Source: Candidatus Eiseniibacteriota bacterium (lineage in GTDB: Bacteria > Eisenbacteria > RBG-16-71-46 > CAZAMP01). Taken from it: a DNA stretch of 64,000 bases. The stretch lies in contig OZ245046.1 in assembly GCA_965224245.1 (NCBI GenBank), forward strand, positions 2,880,001 to 2,944,000. The letters are read 5' to 3'. Both the position numbers and the translations under genes were made by a program. The notes beneath the pieces are model-generated. The model saw only the letters and a program-made list of their open reading frames with translations. It had not been told where the DNA came from and did no database searches. Positions 40,413 to 49,011 of the stretch are shown here, piece after piece. Positions within the stretch are counted from its first letter, which is position 1, and every line of letters starts with the position of its first letter.

Positions 40413-42218
40413 TCAGACCGGTAGCGTCAGCACGAAGCAGGCGCCGCTCGGGTGACCGCCCGCCAGCGCGAGATCGCCCCCCAGATGGCGAGCCAGACCG
40501 CGCGCCAGGGCCAGCCCCAGCCCGATGCCGGGCTTGTCGCTCTGTCCGTTGGCTCCCCGGTCGAAGGGCGCGAAGATCGCGCGCGCGCACGAGGGCGACA
40601 CGCCGGGACCGCGATCACACACCGAGAGCCGGAGCGTCCGTCGTCTCTGCTCGACCACGAGACGAACACCTGCCTCGCCCGGCCGTCGCGCGTACTTGCA
40701 CGCGTTGTCCACGAGGTTCATCAGGATCTGGCCGACCGCCTCGACGTCGGTCTCGATGCGCGTGTTCCCGCCCGCGTCGCACTCGACCTCGAGCGCCATT
40801 TCCGCCTCCTCGGCCCGGCGCCGGAGCGGAGCCGCGACCCGGGCCACCAGCGAATCGACGTCGAGGACCTCGGTCCGACGCGGGGACCGGCCCTCCTCCA
40901 GCCGGGCGTACGACAGGACGTTCTCGACCAGGGTCGCCAGCCGACCCGACTCGGTGCGCAGCGTCTCCAGGTACTCCCGTCGCTGATCGGCGTCGGTGAT
41001 CATGTTTCCGGCGAGCATGTCGGTGTAGAGCTGGAAGGTCGTCAACGGGGTGCGGAGCTCGTGCGTCACCGCCGATGCGAACCGACTGCGTCGCTCGCCG
41101 AAGTGGATGCTCGATCGCAGCGTCACCGCCACCGCGATCAATCCGGCGAGCACCCCGAGCCAGGTCGAGGCCAGGATGGTGTGCGATGGGCTGCCGACGG
41201 TCGGTCCGACACCCGACAGGGCCGGCAGCTCCAGGTAGGCCGGGATCGTCGCGAGCATCGATCCGGTATCCCGGCGGTCCCGTGATGCGAGGGGAGCCGG
41301 GGTCAGCGACGCGCCGGTCACCAGGTCCTCGATTCGGGAGAGAAGCGATTCGCGCAGCACGGGCCAGTCGCAGAGAAAGCCCTGGAAGTACTCGCGATCC
41401 TCGACGCGGACCCGCCGGATGAACACGAGCCGCGGGTCGCGAACGCCGCCGTCGCCGAGCCAGATCGGAACCAGCGTGCCCACGCGCACGTCCGCGGGAC
41501 GTCCCGCGTCCAGGAGGCTCGGCGCGGTCGACTGGGACCGTTCGGCCGCCTGCTCGAGCGTCTTCTCGTACGTTCCGCGCCGCGTCGTCCACTCCTGCGC
41601 GTTGCGGAGCATCTGGAACTCGGCCGGTGGCGAGTCGTCGAGAGCGGGGACCTGCGCGTGAACGCGTTCGCCGACCGCGATGCGGGGCTCGGCGGACTCG
41701 GACTCCGCGACGCAGCTCGCCAGATCGGTCCCCGTCAGAACGGCCGCGACCGAGTCGAGCACCGCGCGATTGGCGTCGATCCGGCTCCCGTCGAGGTAGC
41801 CGGCCTCGGCGAGATCGCGCAGGTTGGCCCTCGGGGCCTGGGGCGAGGTGACCTCGCCGTCGGGCGAGACCTGGAAGTGGATCCTGAGGATCTCCGAGCG
41901 GAACGACAGGAGTGGTGACGGCGTCAGCACGTCGCCGGGCTCGATCGCGGCCAGGAGACGCGTGTACGCCCGCCGCGGGGCGAAGAACGGTGCGTAGTCG
42001 AAGTACGGCCGGGCGGCCTCGCGCGCGAGCTCGGGTGCGAGGTCGGAGTCCATGCGCCACAGCGCGAGCCTCAGCGTCTCCTGGCGAACGGCGTCGGCAC
42101 GCGCCGCGGACTCGGCGCGCTCGAGCCGGAGCACGGTCCACGTCGTCCACACCAGCGCCGCCACGACGACGGCCGCGCACGCGGCGTAGATTCCCCACCA
42201 GCGCCGTCGGGTGCTCAT
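40413..42218 (-). CDS. Membrane sensor histidine kinase with large extracytoplasmic domain
   Basis: Two TM helices; FASAVTHELRTPLT, NLVDNACKY, DRGPGV, GIGLGL; ATGA overlap with response regulator. Confidence 0.92.
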   Translation of the reverse strand: MSTRRRWWGIYAACAAVVVAALVWTTWTVLRLERAESAARADAVRQETLRLALWRMDSDLAPELAREAARPYFDYAPFFAPRRAYTRLLAAIEPGDVLTPSPLLSFRSEILRIHFQVSPDGEVTSPQAPRANLRDLAEAGYLDGSRIDANRAVLDSVAAVLTGTDLASCVAESESAEPRIAVGERVHAQVPALDDSPPAEFQMLRNAQEWTTRRGTYEKTLEQAAERSQSTAPSLLDAGRPADVRVGTLVPIWLGDGGVRDPRLVFIRRVRVEDREYFQGFLCDWPVLRESLLSRIEDLVTGASLTPAPLASRDRRDTGSMLATIPAYLELPALSGVGPTVGSPSHTILASTWLGVLAGLIAVAVTLRSSIHFGERRSRFASAVTHELRTPLTTFQLYTDMLAGNMITDADQRREYLETLRTESGRLATLVENVLSYARLEEGRSPRRTEVLDVDSLVARVAAPLRRRAEEAEMALEVECDAGGNTRIETDVEAVGQILMNLVDNACKYARRPGEAGVRLVVEQRRRTLRLSVCDRGPGVSPSCARAIFAPFDRGANGQSDKPGIGLGLALARGLARHLGGDLALAGGHPSGACFVLTLPV

Positions 42219-42928
42219 GCCGGCTCCGTGGTGACCGCATCGCCGAGGCGATAGCCCTTGCCCCGGACCGTCAGCACGATCGTCGGCCTCGCCGGGTCGT
42301 CCTCGACCTTCTCGCGCAGCCTCGCCACGTGCATGTCGACGGTCCGTGTCTGGATCCCGCTGGGGTTGATGGACCAGACGCGGTGCAGAAGCTCGTCCCG
42401 ATCCACCGTGCGCCCGCCGCTGGCCGCCAGGTAGCGGAGAATGGCCACGTCGCGTTCGGTCAGGGACACCGCTCCCGCGCGCGGACCCGACACGCGCCGG
42501 CGCTCCAGATCGATCCGCCGGTCGCCGGCGACGAGGACGCGAACGTCGGTGGGGCGCTCGGGCGATCGGCGGAGCACGGCCTCCACGCGTGCGATGACCT
42601 CCCTCGCACTGAACGGCTTGACGACGTAGTCGTCCGCGCCCGCGGTGAGTCCGCGGACGCGCTCCTCCTCGGCACCCCGTGCCGTCACCATGATGACGGC
42701 CAGCGTGGGCCGGGCGCGGCGCAGCTCCTCGAGCACCGCGAACCCGTCCTTGCCGGGCAGCATCACGTCCAGGAGAACCAGGTCGACCGGTGACTCGGTC
42801 GCCGCGTCGACGGCACGGTCGCCGTGGGCGCACTCGAGGAGGTCGTACCCGGCGAACCTCAGTGCGTCGACGAGCCCGCGCCGGATCGCGGCGTCGTCCT
42901 CCACCACGAGTATGAGCGGTGTCGCCAT
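42215..42928 (-). CDS. OmpR/PhoB-family response regulator
   Basis: VVEDD, LLDVMLP, GADDYVVKPF, RTVDMHVARLREK, TVRGKGY. Confidence 0.95.
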   Translation of the reverse strand: MATPLILVVEDDAAIRRGLVDALRFAGYDLLECAHGDRAVDAATESPVDLVLLDVMLPGKDGFAVLEELRRARPTLAVIMVTARGAEEERVRGLTAGADDYVVKPFSAREVIARVEAVLRRSPERPTDVRVLVAGDRRIDLERRRVSGPRAGAVSLTERDVAILRYLAASGGRTVDRDELLHRVWSINPSGIQTRTVDMHVARLREKVEDDPARPTIVLTVRGKGYRLGDAVTTEPA

Positions 42929-42957
42929 CGACATCCCCGACTGGCTGTGCCGCCACG

Positions 42958-44139
42958 CTAGCGGGCGGCGGCGGTCTCGGTCTCGAACTCGAACCCCCTG
43001 GACTCGGCCTGAGACCGGACGGCCGCGAGGACCGCGTGGTCGAACGACCGTGACCGGTCCAGGGCCGCCCGCGCCAGCTCGTCGGCCACGAACGCATCGC
43101 GCTTCGCGCCGAGCTCGGCGATCTCGGCCTGGATGTCCTCCCGCGCGCGCTTCCGGTCGGCCACGTACGCGGCCCTCTCCTCAGGCGTCATCTCGCGCAT
43201 GAACTCGGGCAGGACGTCGGCCTCGAGATCCGCCAGCGTCACCTGCCCCGAGCTGCACGCATCCACGAGATCCCAGCTGCACGCGTACAGCGCCGAGGCC
43301 TTCGTCTTCGCCCGACAGGCGGCCGCGGCCGAGTTCAGTCCGGTCGCGTTCGCGTCCTGCGCGCGCTGGTTCTCGAGCCCGGCCGCGCCCGCGTCGCCGA
43401 ATGGCACGTACGTCTCGTTGAGGGCCGCGCTCAGCTGCGTGAGCTCCTCGTCGAACGGCGATTCCACGACCACGGTTCCGTCGTTCTGGTCGATGGTCGC
43501 GAAATGACCGTCGGCCAGGAGCGCCACGTCGCGCCAGCCCGGCGCCTCGGTGTCCGTCGGACGGCCGCAGTAGATCGCGTTCACCAGGATACCCCGCCCG
43601 ATCAGATCCCGACAGACGTCCTCGTACGGCATCTCGGCGTCCTGGTGCGCCGATTCGTTGCCGGCCACGATCGCCAGCCTGAGCGCATCCGGCGACGGCG
43701 TCCAGTCGAGCTGTCCGGCGATGCGCAGGACGCGCCCCACGTACTCGGTGCCACCGTTCGTGGTCAGCGCGAAGAGCCGCTCCGACACGCGATCCAGATC
43801 GTCCGTGAACGGCACGTCGACCGCGACCCATCCGTTCTCGGGCAGATGGCCGTCGTTGCCGAACGTGACCACGGCCACGCGCAGCTCCGGCATGGGATCG
43901 GCGAGCGCGAGGTCGTTCACGATGGCCCAGAGCTTCTGTCTCGCCGCGTCGATGAGGCCGCTCATGCTGCCGCTGGTGTCGAGGCAGATGGCCAGGTCGA
44001 TCTCGCGGCGCTCCACGGACGGAGGCGCGGCGTCCGCGACGGGTGTGCCCGCGATCGGGCCGCCGGCGAGCGCCGCCAGGAGGACGGCGCCCAGCGAGAG
44101 CGCGGTCGTCCGGCCGCGCGGGGTGGAACTTCCAAGCAT
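42958..44139 (-). CDS. Secreted vWA-domain protein
   Basis: Signal peptide; CLDTSGSM MIDAS; TTNGGTEY; AGNE; GAGGAGG RBS. Confidence 0.85.
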   Translation of the reverse strand: MLGSSTPRGRTTALSLGAVLLAALAGGPIAGTPVADAAPPSVERREIDLAICLDTSGSMSGLIDAARQKLWAIVNDLALADPMPELRVAVVTFGNDGHLPENGWVAVDVPFTDDLDRVSERLFALTTNGGTEYVGRVLRIAGQLDWTPSPDALRLAIVAGNESAHQDAEMPYEDVCRDLIGRGILVNAIYCGRPTDTEAPGWRDVALLADGHFATIDQNDGTVVVESPFDEELTQLSAALNETYVPFGDAGAAGLENQRAQDANATGLNSAAAACRAKTKASALYACSWDLVDACSSGQVTLADLEADVLPEFMREMTPEERAAYVADRKRAREDIQAEIAELGAKRDAFVADELARAALDRSRSFDHAVLAAVRSQAESRGFEFETETAAAR

Positions 44140-44183
44140 GTCGTCTCCTCCTCGAAGCGGCGCACGCGGACTCGCGTGCGCGA

Positions 44184-46499
44184 TCAACATCCCTTCGTGA
44201 CCAGCACCGCGAGACCGTCCAGGCTCAGCAGGACCTGGCCCGGCAGCGACAGGACGCCCTGACGTCCCTCGGCTGCGAGTCGGCGGGTCAGCTCGGCGTG
44301 CTCGTCCGATCCGATCGCGATCACCCGGTGGGGCTCGGGCAGAGCTCGAACCAGAGGATCGAGGAGGCGCGAGTCGATCCACCGAGCATTGCTCCGGAAG
44401 AACGTGCGGTCGCCGATCTGCCGCACCGAGGCGAAGTCGACCACATCGAACGTCCCGTCCAGGAACCGGTTCAGGGGGTTCAGAACGGCCTGTCTCTTCC
44501 GGATTCCCTGATTGACGGCCTGGCTCAGCGCGCCGAGCCCCGTGCGCTCGCGCACCGCGCGCCGGTCGAGCTCGCGCTCGCAGCTGGCGGCCAGTGCGTC
44601 CGGATCGCCGAGGACGGTGCCCTCGGTGGCCAGAAACGCGGTGTACTCGGTCAGGATTCCGAACTCGGTGGACAGGCGCACGATCTCGCCCACGATCTCG
44701 CGGCGGCGAGGATCGTCGGCGCGCCCGACGGCGGCGAAGCGGGTACGGTCGTCGTCCGCGCCCGACTGACGAATCTCGTCCACGAGCGTCGCGATCCGTC
44801 GGCTCGCCCAGAGCCTGGGCACGAACGCGTGTCGCGTGGTCGCCCGGTCCGGATCGAGCGTGACCCGCCGCTCGCGGACGTCCCCGCGCCGATCGCCGGT
44901 ATCGCCCGCGAGCACGAACGTGATCGGCGTCCTCCCCCGGTAGCGACCGAGCACGATCAGCTGCTCGTCTTCGAAGAGATCGGGCAGCACGCTCGGCTCG
45001 AGCTGCCGGACACGCGACGACGAGGCCCGTCCCCGGGAGTCGAGCACGTCCAGCGTCGGCCCGGCGAGCAGCGGCCCGTGCAGACGGTGAAACACGCGGG
45101 AGAGCGTCTCGTCCAGCGCGTCGGCGCTCGGAACGTAGGTCGCGGATCCCCGCGTGACCTCGGCGATGCGGTCCAGGAGCGGCGCGTTCACGTCCGCGCC
45201 GACGCCGACGGTGAAGACCCGCCGGCCGTGAGGGTTCGCCGATGCCACCATCTCTCGAATCGACCGCTCCCCGGTGCGGCCGATCGTCGGGAGACCGTCG
45301 GTGAGGAACACCACGATCGGCAACGTCGACGGGGTCGGCGGCTGCCCGAGCGCCTCCAGGAGGGCGTCGTGGATGTTCGTGCCCCCGCTCGGCCGGAGCG
45401 AGCGGAGGTACTCCCGGGCCGCGTTCGCGCTCCGTGCGCGACGCGTGACGGGCTCCGGCGCGAACATGGACACGGACGACGCGTAGTCCACGACGTTGAA
45501 CGCCTCCCCCACCTCGAGCTCGTTCACGAACGCGAGCGCTGCGGCTCGGGCTTGATCCATCGCGTGGCCGGCCATGCTGCCCGACCGGTCGAGAACGATC
45601 GTCACCTCGCGCGCGATGGCCGGTCGGGATCGCTCTGACGAGCGCGCGGCCCCCGCCATCAGGAGGAAGTACCCGCCGGCACCGTCGGGATCGGGGTACG
45701 CGAAGACCGACGCCGCGAGCCCGGCATCGTCGTCGTCGCGATCACGGGCCGAGAGGATCGCCAGCCGAAACGGACCGGGGGCCGGCGCGCCGTCCAGCCG
45801 TACCGCGACGTGGCGGGGCGACACGCGGTCGCGATCCACGTGGTGAGTCGGCGAGTAGACCGCGGCGATCGGATCCTCCGTGCGGACGTCCACGTCGATC
45901 GTCCACGCGGCGTGCGACTCCAGCGACTCGCTCCGCGGCAGCACGTAGTCGATTCGATCCCCGTCCCCGGCCAGGAGATGCTCGTACATGATGCGGACGC
46001 GTCGCGTCCCCGACGGCGCGATCGGGAATACGCTGGAACGGACGAGGTCGTGCCCCGCGAACTCGAGCAGCGCCGGATCCAGGACGCGGGCGACGATGGC
46101 GTCGTAGAGATCTCGCGCGGCGCGATCGCGCATCACGACGGCCGTCGCGTCGTCCGCGTTCCCTTCGAACGCGAACCCACTGACCACGGCGCCACGGGGG
46201 AGCGGGACCAGGAGCGCGGCCTCGTCCAGCCGCGGCCCGGCGTTCTCGACCTCGACGTCGAGCGTGGTTCGAGCGACCCGATCCCGGATGTCGACCCGGA
46301 CCGCGACCGCGCGAACCTCGACGGTGCCGGGTCGCTCCGAGATCGCGAATCCCCGCACCTGCGGAATCACCACGTGCGACGCCCCCCCGAGCGCTCGAAC
46401 GGGGTCGTCGACGACGGCCCCCGCGGAGCCGATCACGTGAACGGCCGCGCCGGCGGCCAGCAGCATCGGACGTGACCCTCGGCGGATTGCCTTCATCAT
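44184..46499 (-). CDS. VIT + vWA domain protein (inter-alpha-trypsin inhibitor heavy chain-like)
   Basis: VIT region ending DPALLE; LDRSGSM MIDAS; GGTNIHDAL, FLTDGLPT, GVGADVN, RLWASRRI, GILTEYTAFL. Confidence 0.9.
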   Translation of the reverse strand: MMKAIRRGSRPMLLAAGAAVHVIGSAGAVVDDPVRALGGASHVVIPQVRGFAISERPGTVEVRAVAVRVDIRDRVARTTLDVEVENAGPRLDEAALLVPLPRGAVVSGFAFEGNADDATAVVMRDRAARDLYDAIVARVLDPALLEFAGHDLVRSSVFPIAPSGTRRVRIMYEHLLAGDGDRIDYVLPRSESLESHAAWTIDVDVRTEDPIAAVYSPTHHVDRDRVSPRHVAVRLDGAPAPGPFRLAILSARDRDDDDAGLAASVFAYPDPDGAGGYFLLMAGAARSSERSRPAIAREVTIVLDRSGSMAGHAMDQARAAALAFVNELEVGEAFNVVDYASSVSMFAPEPVTRRARSANAAREYLRSLRPSGGTNIHDALLEALGQPPTPSTLPIVVFLTDGLPTIGRTGERSIREMVASANPHGRRVFTVGVGADVNAPLLDRIAEVTRGSATYVPSADALDETLSRVFHRLHGPLLAGPTLDVLDSRGRASSSRVRQLEPSVLPDLFEDEQLIVLGRYRGRTPITFVLAGDTGDRRGDVRERRVTLDPDRATTRHAFVPRLWASRRIATLVDEIRQSGADDDRTRFAAVGRADDPRRREIVGEIVRLSTEFGILTEYTAFLATEGTVLGDPDALAASCERELDRRAVRERTGLGALSQAVNQGIRKRQAVLNPLNRFLDGTFDVVDFASVRQIGDRTFFRSNARWIDSRLLDPLVRALPEPHRVIAIGSDEHAELTRRLAAEGRQGVLSLPGQVLLSLDGLAVLVTKGC

Positions 46500-46573
46500 C
46501 GGACACCTCCTCACCGCCCCGGACCCGTTCGCGAGGCGTCACTCCGGTATACGTCGCGCCGGACGCTCACCCG

Positions 46574-46589
46574 GTAACACCTCTGTAAC
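46574..46589 (-). promoter_or_regulatory. Tandem GTTAC-N6-GTTAC direct repeat, putative OmpR-family binding site for the VIT/vWA-RR-HK operon
   Basis: 11-bp periodic direct repeat about 75 bp upstream of ATG 46499, followed by a TATACC -10-like hexamer. Confidence 0.5.
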
Positions 46590-46736
46590 GTCGGCGTCCC
46601 GGGTCCCGCGGCGCGCCCGTGGCGCCGGGACGCCCCCCTTTGGTCCTCGGTGGAGCGGGGTCCCCTCGGGAGCGCCACATGGCCTAGAATCCCGGGGTTT
46701 CCGCACGCGACGTCCCATCAGCCTGGAGGTAGTCCG

Positions 46737-48293
46737 ATGCCCCATTCGCGTCGCCGGTACCCGGCCGTCCGCCCCGGTGTGACCGCCGTCCTCGCGCTCG
46801 CTGTCACCTCGGTCGTTCCGGCGACCGCGGCGTGGAACACCGGCGTGGGGGGCAACGCGGCGCGCAGCTCGCTCGGCACGTCGGTGGGGCCGGCCACCCC
46901 CGAGATCCGCTGGGAGGGCAGCCGCCCCGGCATCGTCGCCCAGCAGGGCGTCGCCGACGGCGACCTCGTCGTCGTGAACCGGATCCAGAGCTTCACGATC
47001 CCGACCGGAACCTGGATCGTGGCCCACGAGCTGGCCGACGGCGCCGAGCGATGGGCGGTACAGCTCCCGTTCGACTTCCCTGCCACGTCCTGGCGAAGCC
47101 GCGTCAGCGCGATCCGTGACGGGCAGGTCTACGCCACGCGCTCGGGCAACACGAACGAGGACTATCTCTACGCGCTCTCGCCGGTGGACGGCTCGATCCT
47201 GTGGCGATCGGTGGACCTGATCGACGAGAGCACGACCGAGAGCCTCGCCTTCGCACCGAACGGCGACCTCGTGGCGGGCAACTTCTCGTCGCTGCTCCGG
47301 ATCTCGCGCGTCGACGGCACGACGGTGTGGGAGACGCCGCGCACGTGTCCCACGTCCGGGGGCTGTGAGGCGGCGATCTTCGGCGATCACGTGTACGTCT
47401 GGGAGGCCGGCGGCGCGGGCCCGATGATCACCGCGTTCGATCTGACGACCGGGGCGCGTCTGTACTCGAGCGCCGGGATCGGCGGGGGCTTCATCGAGCA
47501 GATCGGGCCGCTGTGCGGCCCCGACGGAACCGTGTACGCGCCGCGCGCGCAGAACAACCCCGCCACCGACTTCTTCGTCGCGCTCGAGGACACCGGATCG
47601 GGGTTCACCGAGAAGTGGCGGGTGCCGATGGGGTACGCGCCCTTCGCCTCGTTCGGCATCGGACCCGACGGCTCGGTGTACACCTATTCGCGCAGCCTGG
47701 AGATCCTTCGCCTGGACCCGGCGACCGGCGCCGTGCTCGACACGTCGTCGCCGATCCCGAGCGACGGCACGTTCTCGGCGCGCATCGCCATCGACACCAC
47801 GGGCAGCGTGTATCTGACGAACGGCGGCTTCTCGACGGGGGCGCTGTTCGCGTTCACCGCCGATCTGACGCCGCGGTGGTCGGTGGACGTGCCGAGTGTG
47901 AACGTGGGCGGTCCCGTCCTCACCGACGACGGAACGCTGATCGTCTGTGGAATCGGGGACGACGTGCGGGCCTATCGCTCCACCGGAGTCGGCGTCGCGA
48001 CGGCGAGCGGCGAGCCCGGCGCTCTCCGTCTCGCGGCGGCCAGCCCCAATCCGATGCGCACGGGCACCGAGATCGGATTCGAGATCGCGGGCGGCGAGCC
48101 GGCGTCGCTCCGGATCTACGACGCGCGAGGACGTCTCGTCCGGACCCTCCTCGATGGCGCACCGGTGCCCTCTGGACGCGCACGCTGGGATGGGCGTGAC
48201 GACGACGGCCACGCGGTGGCGCCGGGCGTGTACGTGTACGACCTGTCCACGAGCCGGGGACGTGCCTCACGCACGCTCGTTCTCGCCCGCTGA
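46737..48293 (+). CDS. Secreted PQQ-like (BamB-type) beta-propeller protein with FlgD-Ig/T9SS-CTD-like tail
   Basis: Signal peptide; GGNAARS; LYALSPVDGSILW-type repeats; PNPMRTGT...IYDARGRLVR...WDGRD...PGVY. Confidence 0.85.
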   Translation: MPHSRRRYPAVRPGVTAVLALAVTSVVPATAAWNTGVGGNAARSSLGTSVGPATPEIRWEGSRPGIVAQQGVADGDLVVVNRIQSFTIPTGTWIVAHELADGAERWAVQLPFDFPATSWRSRVSAIRDGQVYATRSGNTNEDYLYALSPVDGSILWRSVDLIDESTTESLAFAPNGDLVAGNFSSLLRISRVDGTTVWETPRTCPTSGGCEAAIFGDHVYVWEAGGAGPMITAFDLTTGARLYSSAGIGGGFIEQIGPLCGPDGTVYAPRAQNNPATDFFVALEDTGSGFTEKWRVPMGYAPFASFGIGPDGSVYTYSRSLEILRLDPATGAVLDTSSPIPSDGTFSARIAIDTTGSVYLTNGGFSTGALFAFTADLTPRWSVDVPSVNVGGPVLTDDGTLIVCGIGDDVRAYRSTGVGVATASGEPGALRLAAASPNPMRTGTEIGFEIAGGEPASLRIYDARGRLVRTLLDGAPVPSGRARWDGRDDDGHAVAPGVYVYDLSTSRGRASRTLVLAR

Positions 48294-48313
48294 CGGCCGG
48301 GGCCCCGGGATGC

Positions 48314-48377
48314 GACGAGCCCCCGCGAGGGCGCCTGCCTCGACGGGGCTCGTGTTCCCGGCGGACGGGGGCTCGTC
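48314..48377. terminator. Inverted repeat between convergent genes (possible bidirectional terminator)
   Basis: GACGAGCCCCCG (48314-25) pairs with CGGGGGCTCGTC (48366-77); an alternative inner arm CGGGGCTCGT at 48344-53. Confidence 0.4.
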
Positions 48378-48894
48378 AGCGATAGACGCTCTTGATCTTG
48401 GCCCAGGTCGCGGACTCGACGGGGCTCGAGCAGTCCGGGTCGGCTCCGGTACGCGTGAGCGTGGAGACCGTCTCGGTGCAGCTGTCCGGAATCGAGCATC
48501 CGTCGTTGTAGTCGAACGTGAACGTCGACCCGCCCGTGGCCGTGTCGCCGGAGCGAACGGCGTCGATGGTGAGCGTCGTCACGAGGGTCGTGCAGCCCGG
48601 CAGCCCCTCGATGGGCGTCTCGCTCACGCACGTGATGTGGATCTCGGTGTCGGTGACGGTCCCCGAGCACTCCATGCCGTCGCCGTCACCTCCCAGGATC
48701 GACTCGCCCTCGCAGAAGTCGTCGGTGCCCGGCTCGGGCGTCCCGCCGCTCTCACCGCAGACGCGCGTGATCTCCTCGTAGTCCCAGACGCCTTCCCAGG
48801 CCAGCGGGAAGACGAGGTCTCCCGCCGCGCCGACCTGAGCGAGGCCGACCGAGGCGATCGCGGCCAGGCCCGCCGTGCGTAACCAACGTGTCAT
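48376..48894 (-). CDS. Secreted Cys/Thr-rich hypothetical protein with C-terminal TWAKIKSVYR tail
   Basis: Signal peptide; 8 Cys; ends CSSPVESATWAKIKSVYR. Confidence 0.8.
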   Translation of the reverse strand: MTRWLRTAGLAAIASVGLAQVGAAGDLVFPLAWEGVWDYEEITRVCGESGGTPEPGTDDFCEGESILGGDGDGMECSGTVTDTEIHITCVSETPIEGLPGCTTLVTTLTIDAVRSGDTATGGSTFTFDYNDGCSIPDSCTETVSTLTRTGADPDCSSPVESATWAKIKSVYR

Positions 48895-48964
48895 TCCAGC
48901 CCCCCGTTCGATTGGGCGGCGCGCGCGCTCGTCGCGCGGCCGCGGTGTGTCCCAATGGAATCAG

Positions 48965-48992
48965 AATATAGCAAATGCCCGATGGGTTACAA
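48965..48992 (-). promoter_or_regulatory. Putative sigma70 promoter for gene 48376-48894
   Basis: Minus strand TTGTAA-16 nt-TATATT with TGn extension, in an AT-rich patch. Confidence 0.45.
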
Positions 48993-49011
48993 GTCGCTTC
49001 GCCTCGGGTCT

